Below are positions 8,167-15,948 of a stretch of DNA of 32,000 nt, in pieces. Source of the stretch: Candidatus Saccharimonadota bacterium (GTDB lineage Bacteria > Patescibacteriota > Gracilibacteria > UBA4473); the NCBI GenBank assembly GCA_963677105.1, contig OY781871.1:180001-212000 (forward strand). Reading direction: 5' to 3'. The position numbers and the translations under genes are program-made. Under the pieces are notes generated by a model. That model made no database searches. It had not been told where the DNA came from and worked only from the letters and a program-made list of their open reading frames with translations. The first letter of the stretch is position 1, and every line of letters begins with the position of its first letter.

Positions 8167-8643
8167 TTATTTATTTTCCTCGTCTTGAGGCAAACTTTTT
8201 CGAAAAGAATCTAATACGGCATTTATAAATCCAGCTGATTTATCTTCTGCAAATAATTTCGCTAATTCTATATACTCATTAATAACTACCACTGGTGGAG
8301 TTTTGAGAAATTTCATCTCAGATATTCCTAACACTAATAATGCTTTATTGATCGGTGCAATCTTTTCCAACGGAAAGTCCGGAGCAAAAACACGAATAAT
8401 CACTTTTATTTTCCCTAAATTTTCAACCGCTGTGCCCACTAACTCTTCTGCAAATAAATCTTGTCGTTCTGTTTTTAATTCTATTCCATCTTCACCAACA
8501 ACAGATTTCATACGTGTTTCAACACAATTCAACACATGAAACAAACATTCTTTCCAGTCCGTCCCTTTTCCATTTTCTAAAAAGGAAAAAAGAGCCTCAA
8601 TTGCCCAGATTCTACTCTGACGACGAGCCTCGCTTTTTTTCAT
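8167..8643 (-). CDS. nusB: transcription antitermination factor NusB
   Basis: RRQSRIWAIEALFS... and INEYIELAKLFAEDKSAGFINAVLD are typical of NusB. Confidence 0.8.
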   Translation of the reverse strand: MKKSEARRQSRIWAIEALFSFLENGKGTDWKECLFHVLNCVETRMKSVVGEDGIELKTERQDLFAEELVGTAVENLGKIKVIIRVFAPDFPLEKIAPINKALLVLGISEMKFLKTPPVVVINEYIELAKLFAEDKSAGFINAVLDSFRKSLPQDEENK

Positions 8644-8677
8644 CTGAAATTAAAAAAGAAATTTCCGTTTAAAGGAA

Positions 8678-8917
8678 TTAAGCCTGAATCTCTTGAGCTG
8701 GAGCATTTGTTGCTTTTACATCAAAGATTTTTTTATCTCCATACCAACCACACTCCTGACACGCAAAATGTCGACGTTTCTTTGCTCCACATTTCTTACA
8801 TACATCCAGAACAAGTTCATCCTGCATTCGTTTTCGTGAATTTCGAACATAAGATCCATGTCGTGATCCAGTTGAACTGGGACACTGTTTCTTCGAAGGT
8901 GTTGGTTTTTTAGACAT
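8678..8917 (-). CDS. rpmF: 50S ribosomal protein L32
   Basis: Basic N-terminus (SRHGSYVRNSRKRM) and a zinc ribbon CKKCG...CQECGWY. Confidence 0.85.
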   Translation of the reverse strand: MSKKPTPSKKQCPSSTGSRHGSYVRNSRKRMQDELVLDVCKKCGAKKRRHFACQECGWYGDKKIFDVKATNAPAQEIQA

Positions 8918-8929
8918 CTACTATAATAA

Positions 8930-9178
8930 TTATTTTGCTGCTCGATCTTGTTGTCTCTTAAATCGCTCAACACGACCAGAAGTATCTACTAATTTTTGTT
9001 TTCCTGTAAAAAATGGATGACTTGCACTCGAAACATCTAGTTGAATCACATAATGATCAACTCCTTTAACTTTTTCGACCTCCTCTGACGTGAGTGTTGA
9101 CATTGCTATAAAATCCACTCCCGCACTTGCGTCACGAAAGATTACTGGGTGTTGTATTGGGTGAATATCCTTTTTCAT
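8930..9178 (-). CDS. rpmE: 50S ribosomal protein L31 (Cys-less, type B-like)
   Basis: [14 protein letters not shown]...[24 protein letters not shown]. No CxxC motif. Start at 9178 because a promoter lies inside the longer ORF. Confidence 0.9.
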   Translation of the reverse strand: MKKDIHPIQHPVIFRDASAGVDFIAMSTLTSEEVEKVKGVDHYVIQLDVSSASHPFFTGKQKLVDTSGRVERFKRQQDRAAK

Positions 9179-9213
9179 ATTTTTAGTTTTTTGAAACACA
9201 AAAACGCGCGCGA

Positions 9214-9241
9214 AGTCTACGAGTTCCCTATCTCTTGTCAA
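9214..9241 (-). promoter_or_regulatory. predicted promoter of rpmE-rpmF
   Basis: Minus strand reads TTGACA-N16-TAGACT (-35 at 9236-9241, -10 at 9214-9219). Confidence 0.5.
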
Positions 9242-9295
9242 ATTTTTTAATAAGAAACTTTTCCTTGTTTTGTTTCACTCGTTCTTAAGAATATT

Positions 9296-9331
9296 TTTTT
9301 GAAAGAAAAAAGACGGCCCCCACCGTCTTTC
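9296..9331 (-). terminator. intrinsic terminator of the LPXTG gene
   Basis: Minus sense has GAAAGACGG-TGGGGG-CCGTCTTT followed by TTTTCTTTC. Confidence 0.75.
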
Positions 9332-9362
9332 CCCCACGATAATTCCCCTCTATTTCAATAAT

Positions 9363-10628
9363 TTATTGGCGTTTACGGCGAGAAAATGCCATCAACCCAA
9401 ATCCCAATGTCGCTATTCCGACAAAAACACCCGCTGGACCAGTACTCGGAAGTAAAGGAGCCGATGCATGAGATTCTTCACCTTGTTCTGTTGCAACTAC
9501 AATCGCACCTTCATCAACAAGATCTTCTTGTGCAATAACAACCTCTGGAGAAATCGAGTTTTCCCATGTCCAAATTTTTCCTCGAACATCATTGAGTTGT
9601 TCTTTTAACGAAGCAATACTAATTCCTGATTCTTTTTTTACCCCTTTCGTATTACGAGCTCCAATCGACGCATTCATTTTTAATGCTTCCTGTAATTCCA
9701 CACCCGATAATCCTTCCACATTTGTTTTTACTCGTTGAACATTACTTCCGGTATATCGAATATATCCTTGTCGTGCTGGCCCAGAAAGCAATCCTGTTTC
9801 ACCGGTTCTCTTTACAGTAGCACCTTCTGTTTCAACACCATCTGTCTCAAAAATTTCAATCGCACTATCATCATCATCTGGAACACAGCCGGTAAGATTT
9901 GCATTAAAAACAAATCCTCGATTACATTCTACCTGACAATAAGGCGGACTTCCCACTGAACCATTTTCAATTTCTACATCCAGACAGTCATCAAATTTCT
10001 CTCGAACTAATGTGATTTCATTTACTGAATCGATATCTACTACACACAATTGATTTTGTATCACACAAAAATCTTCTTCTCCAATTTTATCTAATGTCTC
10101 TCCTTTTTTGATAGCAAACCAAACTTTCGTAAGATCTGGAACTGTAACTGGCAACACTAATGTCGCCGCTGGAGCAAATCCAAATGTTTCATTATCAAGT
10201 CCTAATCCATATGTTCCCAATGTAGCTATCTGACTTCCTTCATGATTTCGTATTACTTCAAACTCAATTTCATCTGCAGGCGTTACTCGCCCTCGTACCG
10301 GAGAATTAAGTTCTCCTTCCCACCAATCTTTTGTGTCCGATTCTCCCCAATGACGCTCACTTGATATCTCTGTCCCTCCCCACACAATGAGTCGTAACGT
10401 TCCTCCATCATTTCTATCTCCCACAGTAACTGAACCTGTTCCCTCTACGCTTACGGTACTTGTTCCAATTGTTGCCTCTAAATCCGTAGGATATATAACT
10501 CCTGCAATTTCCACACTGTCAAAAAAGAATAAATCTTCGACCACTTCTCCGGTTATAATTTCTGCCGCAAAACATACCGACAAAAGCCCGAGAGAGGCAA
10601 GCGAGAAACGCAGTAACTTAAAATTCAT
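9363..10628 (-). CDS. LPXTG-anchored cell-surface protein
   Basis: N-terminal signal MNFKLLRFSLASLGLLSVCFA. C-terminal sorting signal LPSTG + GVFVGIATLGFGLMAF + SRRKRQ. Central Cys-rich segment. Confidence 0.75.
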   Translation of the reverse strand: MNFKLLRFSLASLGLLSVCFAAEIITGEVVEDLFFFDSVEIAGVIYPTDLEATIGTSTVSVEGTGSVTVGDRNDGGTLRLIVWGGTEISSERHWGESDTKDWWEGELNSPVRGRVTPADEIEFEVIRNHEGSQIATLGTYGLGLDNETFGFAPAATLVLPVTVPDLTKVWFAIKKGETLDKIGEEDFCVIQNQLCVVDIDSVNEITLVREKFDDCLDVEIENGSVGSPPYCQVECNRGFVFNANLTGCVPDDDDSAIEIFETDGVETEGATVKRTGETGLLSGPARQGYIRYTGSNVQRVKTNVEGLSGVELQEALKMNASIGARNTKGVKKESGISIASLKEQLNDVRGKIWTWENSISPEVVIAQEDLVDEGAIVVATEQGEESHASAPLLPSTGPAGVFVGIATLGFGLMAFSRRKRQ

Positions 10629-10773
10629 TTTAGGAATATGTTATTTCAATTAATATTAAAACAATTTTTGTGACCACGTTCAACTTTTTTATTCAAAACT
10701 GGGTAGATTTTTTATACAAACTATGTCTTTCATAAGATTGCAGATAATAGAAAGATCATTTATTATTTTTTCG

Positions 10774-11358
10774 ATGAAGATTTTTGCGATTATTGTATTG
10801 TTTTTTTCTGGTGCTGTTTCGGCAACAGAGACCCTTACTTGTCCTCGACAAGATGAGATTGATACATTGTTAGAAGAAAAACTCTCTCTTTGGTGTAATG
10901 CTCGACGTTTCGCTGAAGGAGCAAATGAACTTTTTGAATTAGAAGCAAATGCATATCGAGATGATAATTTAACACCATTGCTTCAAGATAATATTCATGA
11001 CGTAAAATGGCTGGTACGCAAATCAACGCAAGACACGAGAGAACACGCCTTTTGTCTGGAGCAGATTTGTCGAACTATTCAAATTGCATGTGCCGGAAAT
11101 AAACAATATTCTTTAGAAAAAGACCAATTGGATTGGTGCGAAACACGCGCCACTGAATTTGGAAAAATCGAACAACTAAAAGTACAACAAGTTGTTCTTG
11201 AAAATCAACAACGAAAATCTCGCAGTAATTTACGAGAAAAAATGCGAGCAATCGAGGTACGTACGTCCAATTTATTTATTCCGTTATTACAAAAATTCTT
11301 TGGAGAATATCGCTGGTTCACAGAAAAAGTTCCTACTTTTCTGAGTAATCCGTTGTAG
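10774..11358 (+). CDS. hypothetical secreted Cys-containing protein
   Basis: MKIFAIIVLFFSGAVSA signal peptide (an alternative ATG lies at 10723). Seven Cys after the signal peptide. No family recognised. Confidence 0.5.
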   Translation: MKIFAIIVLFFSGAVSATETLTCPRQDEIDTLLEEKLSLWCNARRFAEGANELFELEANAYRDDNLTPLLQDNIHDVKWLVRKSTQDTREHAFCLEQICRTIQIACAGNKQYSLEKDQLDWCETRATEFGKIEQLKVQQVVLENQQRKSRSNLREKMRAIEVRTSNLFIPLLQKFFGEYRWFTEKVPTFLSNPL

Positions 11359-11360
11359 TT

Positions 11361-11416
11361 TTTTAAGTTTCAATCCTCAGTCTTAATCCTTGAACTTTGT
11401 TCTCTGTGTTTTGATG
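11361..11416. repeat. degenerate heptamer-phased T-rich tract
   Basis: TTTTAAG TTTCAAT CCTCAGT CTTAATC CTTGAAC TTTGTTC TCTGTGT TTTGATG. Weak copy, antisense relative to the flanking + genes. Confidence 0.4.
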
Positions 11417-11426
11417 CTTTTTCTTA

Positions 11427-11455
11427 TTGACACTTTTCTTGCAAACCGCGAAAAT
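11427..11455 (+). promoter_or_regulatory. predicted purA promoter
   Basis: TTGACA-N17-GAAAAT lies inside the longer 11390 ORF, which supports the ATG at 11489 as the start. Confidence 0.4.
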
Positions 11456-11488
11456 ACAGGCGAAATTTCAATCCCCCACTTATTTATC

Positions 11489-12775
11489 ATGAAAAAAATG
11501 CTTTCAAATCTCGGTCGTTGCGTTGCTATTATTGGTACTCAATGGGGTGACGAAGGAAAAGGAAAATTAGTAGATTCTATTTCTGGAGAATTTGATATTG
11601 TTTGTCGATTTTCTGGTGGAGCAAATGCTGGACATACTATTGTCGTTGATGACCGAAAATTCGTATTTCATCTTCTTCCAAGTGGAATGCTTCATGAAGG
11701 AACAATTGGAGTTATTGGAAATGGAACCGTAGTTGATCTTCCCGATGTATTAAAGGAAATTCAACAATTAACTGATTCCGGATTAAAAAATGTTGCTGAT
11801 CGAGTAAAAATTTCCTTTCGTGCACATGTATTATTGAAGTATCATAAAGAAATTGATCAAGAATTGGAGCAAAGAAAAGGAGACAAAAAAATTGGAACAA
11901 CTGGACGAGGAATTGGTCCAGCATATGCTGACAAAACTGCGCGAATTGGAATTCGTTGTGAAGATTTATTAGACATTGATTTATTGAAAGAAAAAATTAG
12001 AAATAACTGCGCATTTCATGCAAAAAATTATGATCTCGTAATTAATGCTGAAGAAGAAATCGAAAGACTCCTTTCTGTACGAGAACAAATAAAACCTTTG
12101 TTGTGCGATACACGAAAGTTTTTATATGATGAAATGAAATCTGGAAAATCAGTTCTGTTTGAAGGAGCACAAGCACATCAACTCGATATTGACCACGGAA
12201 CATATCCATTTGTAACAAGTTCGCCTGTTTCAATTGGTGGAATTTGTACGGGTCTTGGTGTTCCGCCACAAAAAATAAACGGTGTAATTGGAATCGCCAA
12301 AGCATATTGTACACGTGTTGGAGAAGGTCCATTTCCAACAGAACTTAATAATGAAGACGGAGAAACTTTGCGAAAAAATGGACACGAATTTGGAGCAACA
12401 ACTGGACGACCTCGTCGTTGCGGATGGATGGATGTTGTCGCAACAAAAAACTCAATCGAAACAGCTGGAATTGATGTTTTAAATCTTACGAAACTAGATG
12501 TACTTTCAGGAATGAAAGAAATAAAAGTTGCTACAAAATATTCTTTAGATGGAGAAGAAATATTTAATATTCCTACAACAAAAAAGAATTTTAAACGACT
12601 TGAAATTGACTATAAAACATTCCCTGGGTGGGAAGAAGATTTATCTAACATTCGTTCGTTTGATGATCTCCCAAAAAACGCAAAAGAATACGTTCTTGCT
12701 TTGGAAGAAATGTTGGAATGTCCAATTAAATCTATTGGAGTGGGTGCTGACCGAAACGCATTAATTTTTCGTTAA
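11489..12775 (+). CDS. purA: adenylosuccinate synthetase
   Basis: IIGTQWGDEGKGK, GGANAGHT, TTGRGIGPAY, GATTGRPRRCGW. Confidence 0.95.
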   Translation: MKKMLSNLGRCVAIIGTQWGDEGKGKLVDSISGEFDIVCRFSGGANAGHTIVVDDRKFVFHLLPSGMLHEGTIGVIGNGTVVDLPDVLKEIQQLTDSGLKNVADRVKISFRAHVLLKYHKEIDQELEQRKGDKKIGTTGRGIGPAYADKTARIGIRCEDLLDIDLLKEKIRNNCAFHAKNYDLVINAEEEIERLLSVREQIKPLLCDTRKFLYDEMKSGKSVLFEGAQAHQLDIDHGTYPFVTSSPVSIGGICTGLGVPPQKINGVIGIAKAYCTRVGEGPFPTELNNEDGETLRKNGHEFGATTGRPRRCGWMDVVATKNSIETAGIDVLNLTKLDVLSGMKEIKVATKYSLDGEEIFNIPTTKKNFKRLEIDYKTFPGWEEDLSNIRSFDDLPKNAKEYVLALEEMLECPIKSIGVGADRNALIFR

Positions 12776-12790
12776 TTTTCGGTAAAATTG

Positions 12791-12884
12791 TTTGCACATT
12801 TTGTCCAGAGATTTCTATACTTTTTAGTTGCTCTTTGGTGGAATGTTTGTTACAAAATTTCATGTGCAATAAAGTTTTGCACAT
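12791..12884. promoter_or_regulatory. cluster of DnaA-box-like motifs upstream of dnaA (candidate autoregulatory site / oriC part)
   Basis: ATGTGCAA(A/T) at 12791-12799 (rev), 12862-12870 (fwd) and 12876-12884 (rev). TTGTCCAGA at 12801-12809 matches TTATCCACA at 7/9. Possible promoter TTGCAC-N18-TATACT at 12792-12821. Confidence 0.4.
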
Positions 12885-12905
12885 TCCCCTCCCCCTAACT
12901 TCAAA

Positions 12906-14327
12906 ATGGATAAAACCCAGGTATGGAATGCAGTTCTTGCTCGTATGGGCGAAAAGATTTCACGTATGGAATTTATAACTTGGTTCAAAAAAGTAGAACT
13001 TTCTCAAATATCGGGAGGTGCTGTTGAGCTGGTTTGTCCAACAGAGATGAATGCCAATTGGTTACAGTCAAAATACCATAGTATTATTTTAGCAAATATG
13101 CAGGCCGTGATGCCAGAAATTGATAAAATATTTTTTCGTGTTGATCTCTCTCTTGCCGATCAAGAAACCGACCATGAAGATCCAGCAATTTTTGCTGCAC
13201 CAACAAAGCCAAGAAAATTACCAAACAAACCAGAATCACGAATTGCTCCAGGACTAGATACTCGAATTACATTAGAAAAATTTTCTCTCGAAAATTTTAT
13301 CGTTGGTGACGAAAATCAATTTGCACATGCTGCGTGTCACGCAGTTATAAATGGTGCATGTGACCCAAAAACAAAACCACAATATAATCCTCTTTTCATA
13401 TTTGGAGGAGTTGGATTGGGAAAAACTCATATGCTTCAAGGAATCGCAAATGATATTCGAAAAAAAAATCCAGAAGTAGTGGTTCTTTATGTTACATCTG
13501 AACGGTTTATGAATGAAATCGTCCAAGCTATTAAAAATCGAAAAACGGATGAATTTAGAAAAAAATATCGACGTGTCGATGTTTTTCTTTTAGATGACGT
13601 ACAATTTTTTGAAGGAAAAGAAAAAACACAAGAAGAATTATTTAATACATTTAACGATTTATTTGAATTTGGAAAACAAATTGTTTTTGCGGCAGATCGA
13701 CCACCATCTGAATTGCTCGGAATTAGCGATCGACTTCGAAGTCGAATGGGTTGGGGGTTACTCGCAGATGTACAAATGCCAAATTTTGAAACACGTCTCG
13801 CAATTATTCAGGAAAAAATGCGCGAGAAACAAATGCTTCTTCCTCCTGATGTTCAGGAATTTGTTGCGACAAATATTCGTCACAATCTCCGAGAACTCGA
13901 AAATATTCTCAATCAAATTGTAGCGGAAATGGATTTACGAGGAATCTCTCCAACACCGCAAACTGTTGGAAAAATCTTCCGATCTATTAATCCCGAAAGA
14001 GAAATAGAAATTAAAGCAGACGGAACCTCTGCTCTTGCACGATGCACTGATGACATTATCACAATAATTTCTGATTATTTTCAGATTCCTGCAACAGAGA
14101 TTCTGGGAGTTTCACGAAAAAAAGAAATTGTATTCCCACGACAAATTTGCTGGCTCTTATGCAAAGACTTATTGAAAATGAGTTACGAAGCAATTGGAGA
14201 AGATTTTGGTGGAAAAAATCACACAACTATCATGCATGGAATACGAAAAATTCGAAACTTAGCGCGCACAGATAGTCAAACTGCACGTCATCTTCATGCG
14301 TTGAAAAAAGATTTGGGAGTAAAATAG
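12906..14327 (+). CDS. dnaA: chromosomal replication initiator DnaA
   Basis: GGVGLGKTHMLQ (Walker A), VFLLDDVQF, RELENIL, C-terminal DNA-binding domain (FGGKNHTTIMHGIRKI). Confidence 0.95.
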   Translation: MDKTQVWNAVLARMGEKISRMEFITWFKKVELSQISGGAVELVCPTEMNANWLQSKYHSIILANMQAVMPEIDKIFFRVDLSLADQETDHEDPAIFAAPTKPRKLPNKPESRIAPGLDTRITLEKFSLENFIVGDENQFAHAACHAVINGACDPKTKPQYNPLFIFGGVGLGKTHMLQGIANDIRKKNPEVVVLYVTSERFMNEIVQAIKNRKTDEFRKKYRRVDVFLLDDVQFFEGKEKTQEELFNTFNDLFEFGKQIVFAADRPPSELLGISDRLRSRMGWGLLADVQMPNFETRLAIIQEKMREKQMLLPPDVQEFVATNIRHNLRELENILNQIVAEMDLRGISPTPQTVGKIFRSINPEREIEIKADGTSALARCTDDIITIISDYFQIPATEILGVSRKKEIVFPRQICWLLCKDLLKMSYEAIGEDFGGKNHTTIMHGIRKIRNLARTDSQTARHLHALKKDLGVK

Positions 14328-14370
14328 TCGCTTCGCTCCAAAGTTCAAATTACAAAATACAAAGTGTAAA
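14325..14370 (+). repeat. stop-codon box plus heptamer array (dnaA 3' end)
   Basis: TAG TCGCTTCGCTCC, then CTCCAAA GTTCAAA TTACAAA ATACAAA GTGTAAA. This is the only copy with the A/C-rich strand on +, matching the + orientation of dnaA. Confidence 0.85.
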
Positions 14371-14377
14371 TAATATT

Positions 14378-14403
14378 GTCATTGCGAACGAAGTGCAGCA
14401 ATC
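14378..14403. repeat. short hairpin element GTCATTGCGAACGAAGTGCAGCAATC
   Basis: ATTGC (14381-14385) pairs with GCAAT (14398-14402) across a 12-nt loop. Its sequence resembles the GCGAAGCGA box. Function unknown. Confidence 0.4.
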
Positions 14404-14413
14404 TTTTCCTCTA

Positions 14414-14446
14414 CTTTAAAAATCGGGACTCCCTTGCGAGAGCCCC
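14414..14446 (-). terminator. intrinsic terminator of arcC (partly bidirectional)
   Basis: Minus sense: GGGGCUCUC-GCAA-GGGAGUCCC (9 bp including 2 G.U pairs, GNRA loop) followed by GAUUUUUAAAG. In plus sense the same stem has two A/C mismatches and is followed by TTTT. Confidence 0.7.
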
Positions 14447-14456
14447 TTTTGATTTA

Positions 14457-15401
14457 CTACATTGTGATTCGAGTTCCGGCGTTACCGAACAACGCCTCTG
14501 AAGCTTGAGAAAGTGCCGCAATAATAACAACTGCATTTTTATTGGCACTTCGCGTTACAAATTCCGTCGCTGCATCCATTTTCGGTCCCATGCTGCCGGG
14601 AGGAAAATGTCCGTCTCTTTTAAAGGCTTCCACTTCCGCTACCGTTAGGTGATCAAAAGATTTCTGCTCCGGAGTTCCATAATTAATATAGACTTTAGGC
14701 GCTGCTGTAAGTATCAATAACACATCCGCATCTATCGATAACGCAAATTCCATAGACGTAAAATCCTTGTCAACTACACCGTCGACTGGAATTATTTTTC
14801 CTGTATCAGACCAATATATTGGTGCTCCACCACCTCCACAAACAATAGGAACAAAACCACCTGACATTAATAAATCGGCTGCTTTGTCTTGCATAATAAC
14901 TTCCGGTTTGGGAGAAGGCACAACGACTCTAATTCCTTCCACATCTTCACCTTTATAGTAAGCAACATCATGTCCTGCTGCTCTCAGTGCATCTTCTTCT
15001 GATTGTGGATATGTTTTCCCTATATATTTCGTGGGTTTCTGCATCGCTGGATCATTTGGATCTACTTCTACAACTGTTCCTATTTGTACGACTTTTTTAT
15101 CAGATCCTTGCTGAGAAAGTCGCTCTTGTAATGCATAAAAAAGCATTAATCCAATCATCCCCTGGGTTCCACCACCAATCGTGTTCAAACTGGACTTATC
15201 TTCCCCATAAGACTCTTCCTTTTTCAGCATTAAGCCACTCTGGGGACCGTTACCATGTGTGATGGAAACTTGGTTCTCCGGATTACAAATAATTGGGATA
15301 ATTGCATCTGCAGCAACTCCTATCGCCGCTCTTTGTGCTCGTTCACTTAAGTCATTCCCTTGTTTAAGGGCATTTCCACCCGTAGCAATTACTACTTTCA
15401 T
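14457..15401 (-). CDS. arcC: carbamate kinase
   Basis: MKVVIATGGNAL, HGNGPQSG, VCGGGGAPI. Strong SD AAGGAGAAAGG upstream of the ATG. Confidence 0.9.
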   Translation of the reverse strand: MKVVIATGGNALKQGNDLSERAQRAAIGVAADAIIPIICNPENQVSITHGNGPQSGLMLKKEESYGEDKSSLNTIGGGTQGMIGLMLFYALQERLSQQGSDKKVVQIGTVVEVDPNDPAMQKPTKYIGKTYPQSEEDALRAAGHDVAYYKGEDVEGIRVVVPSPKPEVIMQDKAADLLMSGGFVPIVCGGGGAPIYWSDTGKIIPVDGVVDKDFTSMEFALSIDADVLLILTAAPKVYINYGTPEQKSFDHLTVAEVEAFKRDGHFPPGSMGPKMDAATEFVTRSANKNAVVIIAALSQASEALFGNAGTRITM

Positions 15402-15419
15402 ATCCTTTCTCCTTTTTCT

Positions 15420-15824
15420 TTACGCAACGAAATAAAATGTTGCTTTTAATTCTTTTGCCAAAATATGTGCCAATTCGGCAAGTGACAATTTTCGTCTTCT
15501 TTCTATAACCTTTGATTCGAATTCAACAATTTCTTTTAGGTAAAAGAATCCCGTGGTTTCTTGACTCCTTTCATTCCCATAGAAATCATCTACGGCCTGA
15601 ATTAAAGGTTTCTGCTTTAAATTCAAGACCATTCTTACCTGTAATCCTGCCTTTAAAAACACATACGTATACCCCGGAAATTCTTTTCCCAACAATGATA
15701 TTTTAATCTCATAAAACACACATTCTCCTTCTTTCTTTATTCTCAAATCACATAAACGTAAAAGATCAGCACGCTTCGAGCTTGAGTACCAAAACACCAA
15801 ATTGTTTAGTAGCTTAGTACTCAA
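15420..15824 (-). CDS. hypothetical protein (TTG start)
   Basis: 134-codon ORF with no in-frame ATG near the 5' end. Possible promoter TTGACT-N16-AATACT upstream. No family recognised. Confidence 0.4.
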   Translation of the reverse strand: MSTKLLNNLVFWYSSSKRADLLRLCDLRIKKEGECVFYEIKISLLGKEFPGYTYVFLKAGLQVRMVLNLKQKPLIQAVDDFYGNERSQETTGFFYLKEIVEFESKVIERRRKLSLAELAHILAKELKATFYFVA

Positions 15825-15902
15825 TTCGAAACACGACGCGAACAGTATTCATTATTTCTCAAAAAAGTCAACATACCCATTTTTTTTAAATAATCATCAC
15901 AA

Positions 15903-15948
15903 TTTAAAGTTTGTAGTTTGAAGATTGTAGTTTGGAGCGAAGCGACTA
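15903..15948 (-). repeat. stop-codon box plus heptamer array (mfd 3' end)
   Basis: Plus strand: TTTAAAG TTTGTAG TTTGAAG ATTGTAG TTTGGAG CGAAGCGA CTA. Gene sense: TAG TCGCTTCGCTCC AAACTACAATCTTCAAACTACAAACTTTAAA. Confidence 0.85.

Noticed and set aside
11359-11488. Purine riboswitch or other leader RNA upstream of purA
   Set aside because: The predicted promoter (11427-11455) leaves only about a 27-nt 5' UTR, too short for an aptamer. No conserved riboswitch core motifs were seen.
11390-11488. Long N-terminal extensions of the purA (from 11390), rpmE (to 9241) and rnc (to 8146) ORFs
   Set aside because: Promoter motifs lie inside the purA and rpmE extensions. Conserved N-termini begin at the internal ATGs, and the rnc extension starts at a TTG.
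14325-14370. TAG read-through adding a conserved C-terminal tail (SLRSKVQITKYKV / SLRSKLQSSNYKL / SLRLKLQSTNIK, each ending at an in-frame TAA) to DnaA, Mfd and Dgt
   Set aside because: The similarity follows from the 7-nt DNA periodicity, not codon-level conservation. Other array copies fall in different frames after TAA stops. Nothing in the window suggests TAG reassignment, although proteomics could exclude it formally.
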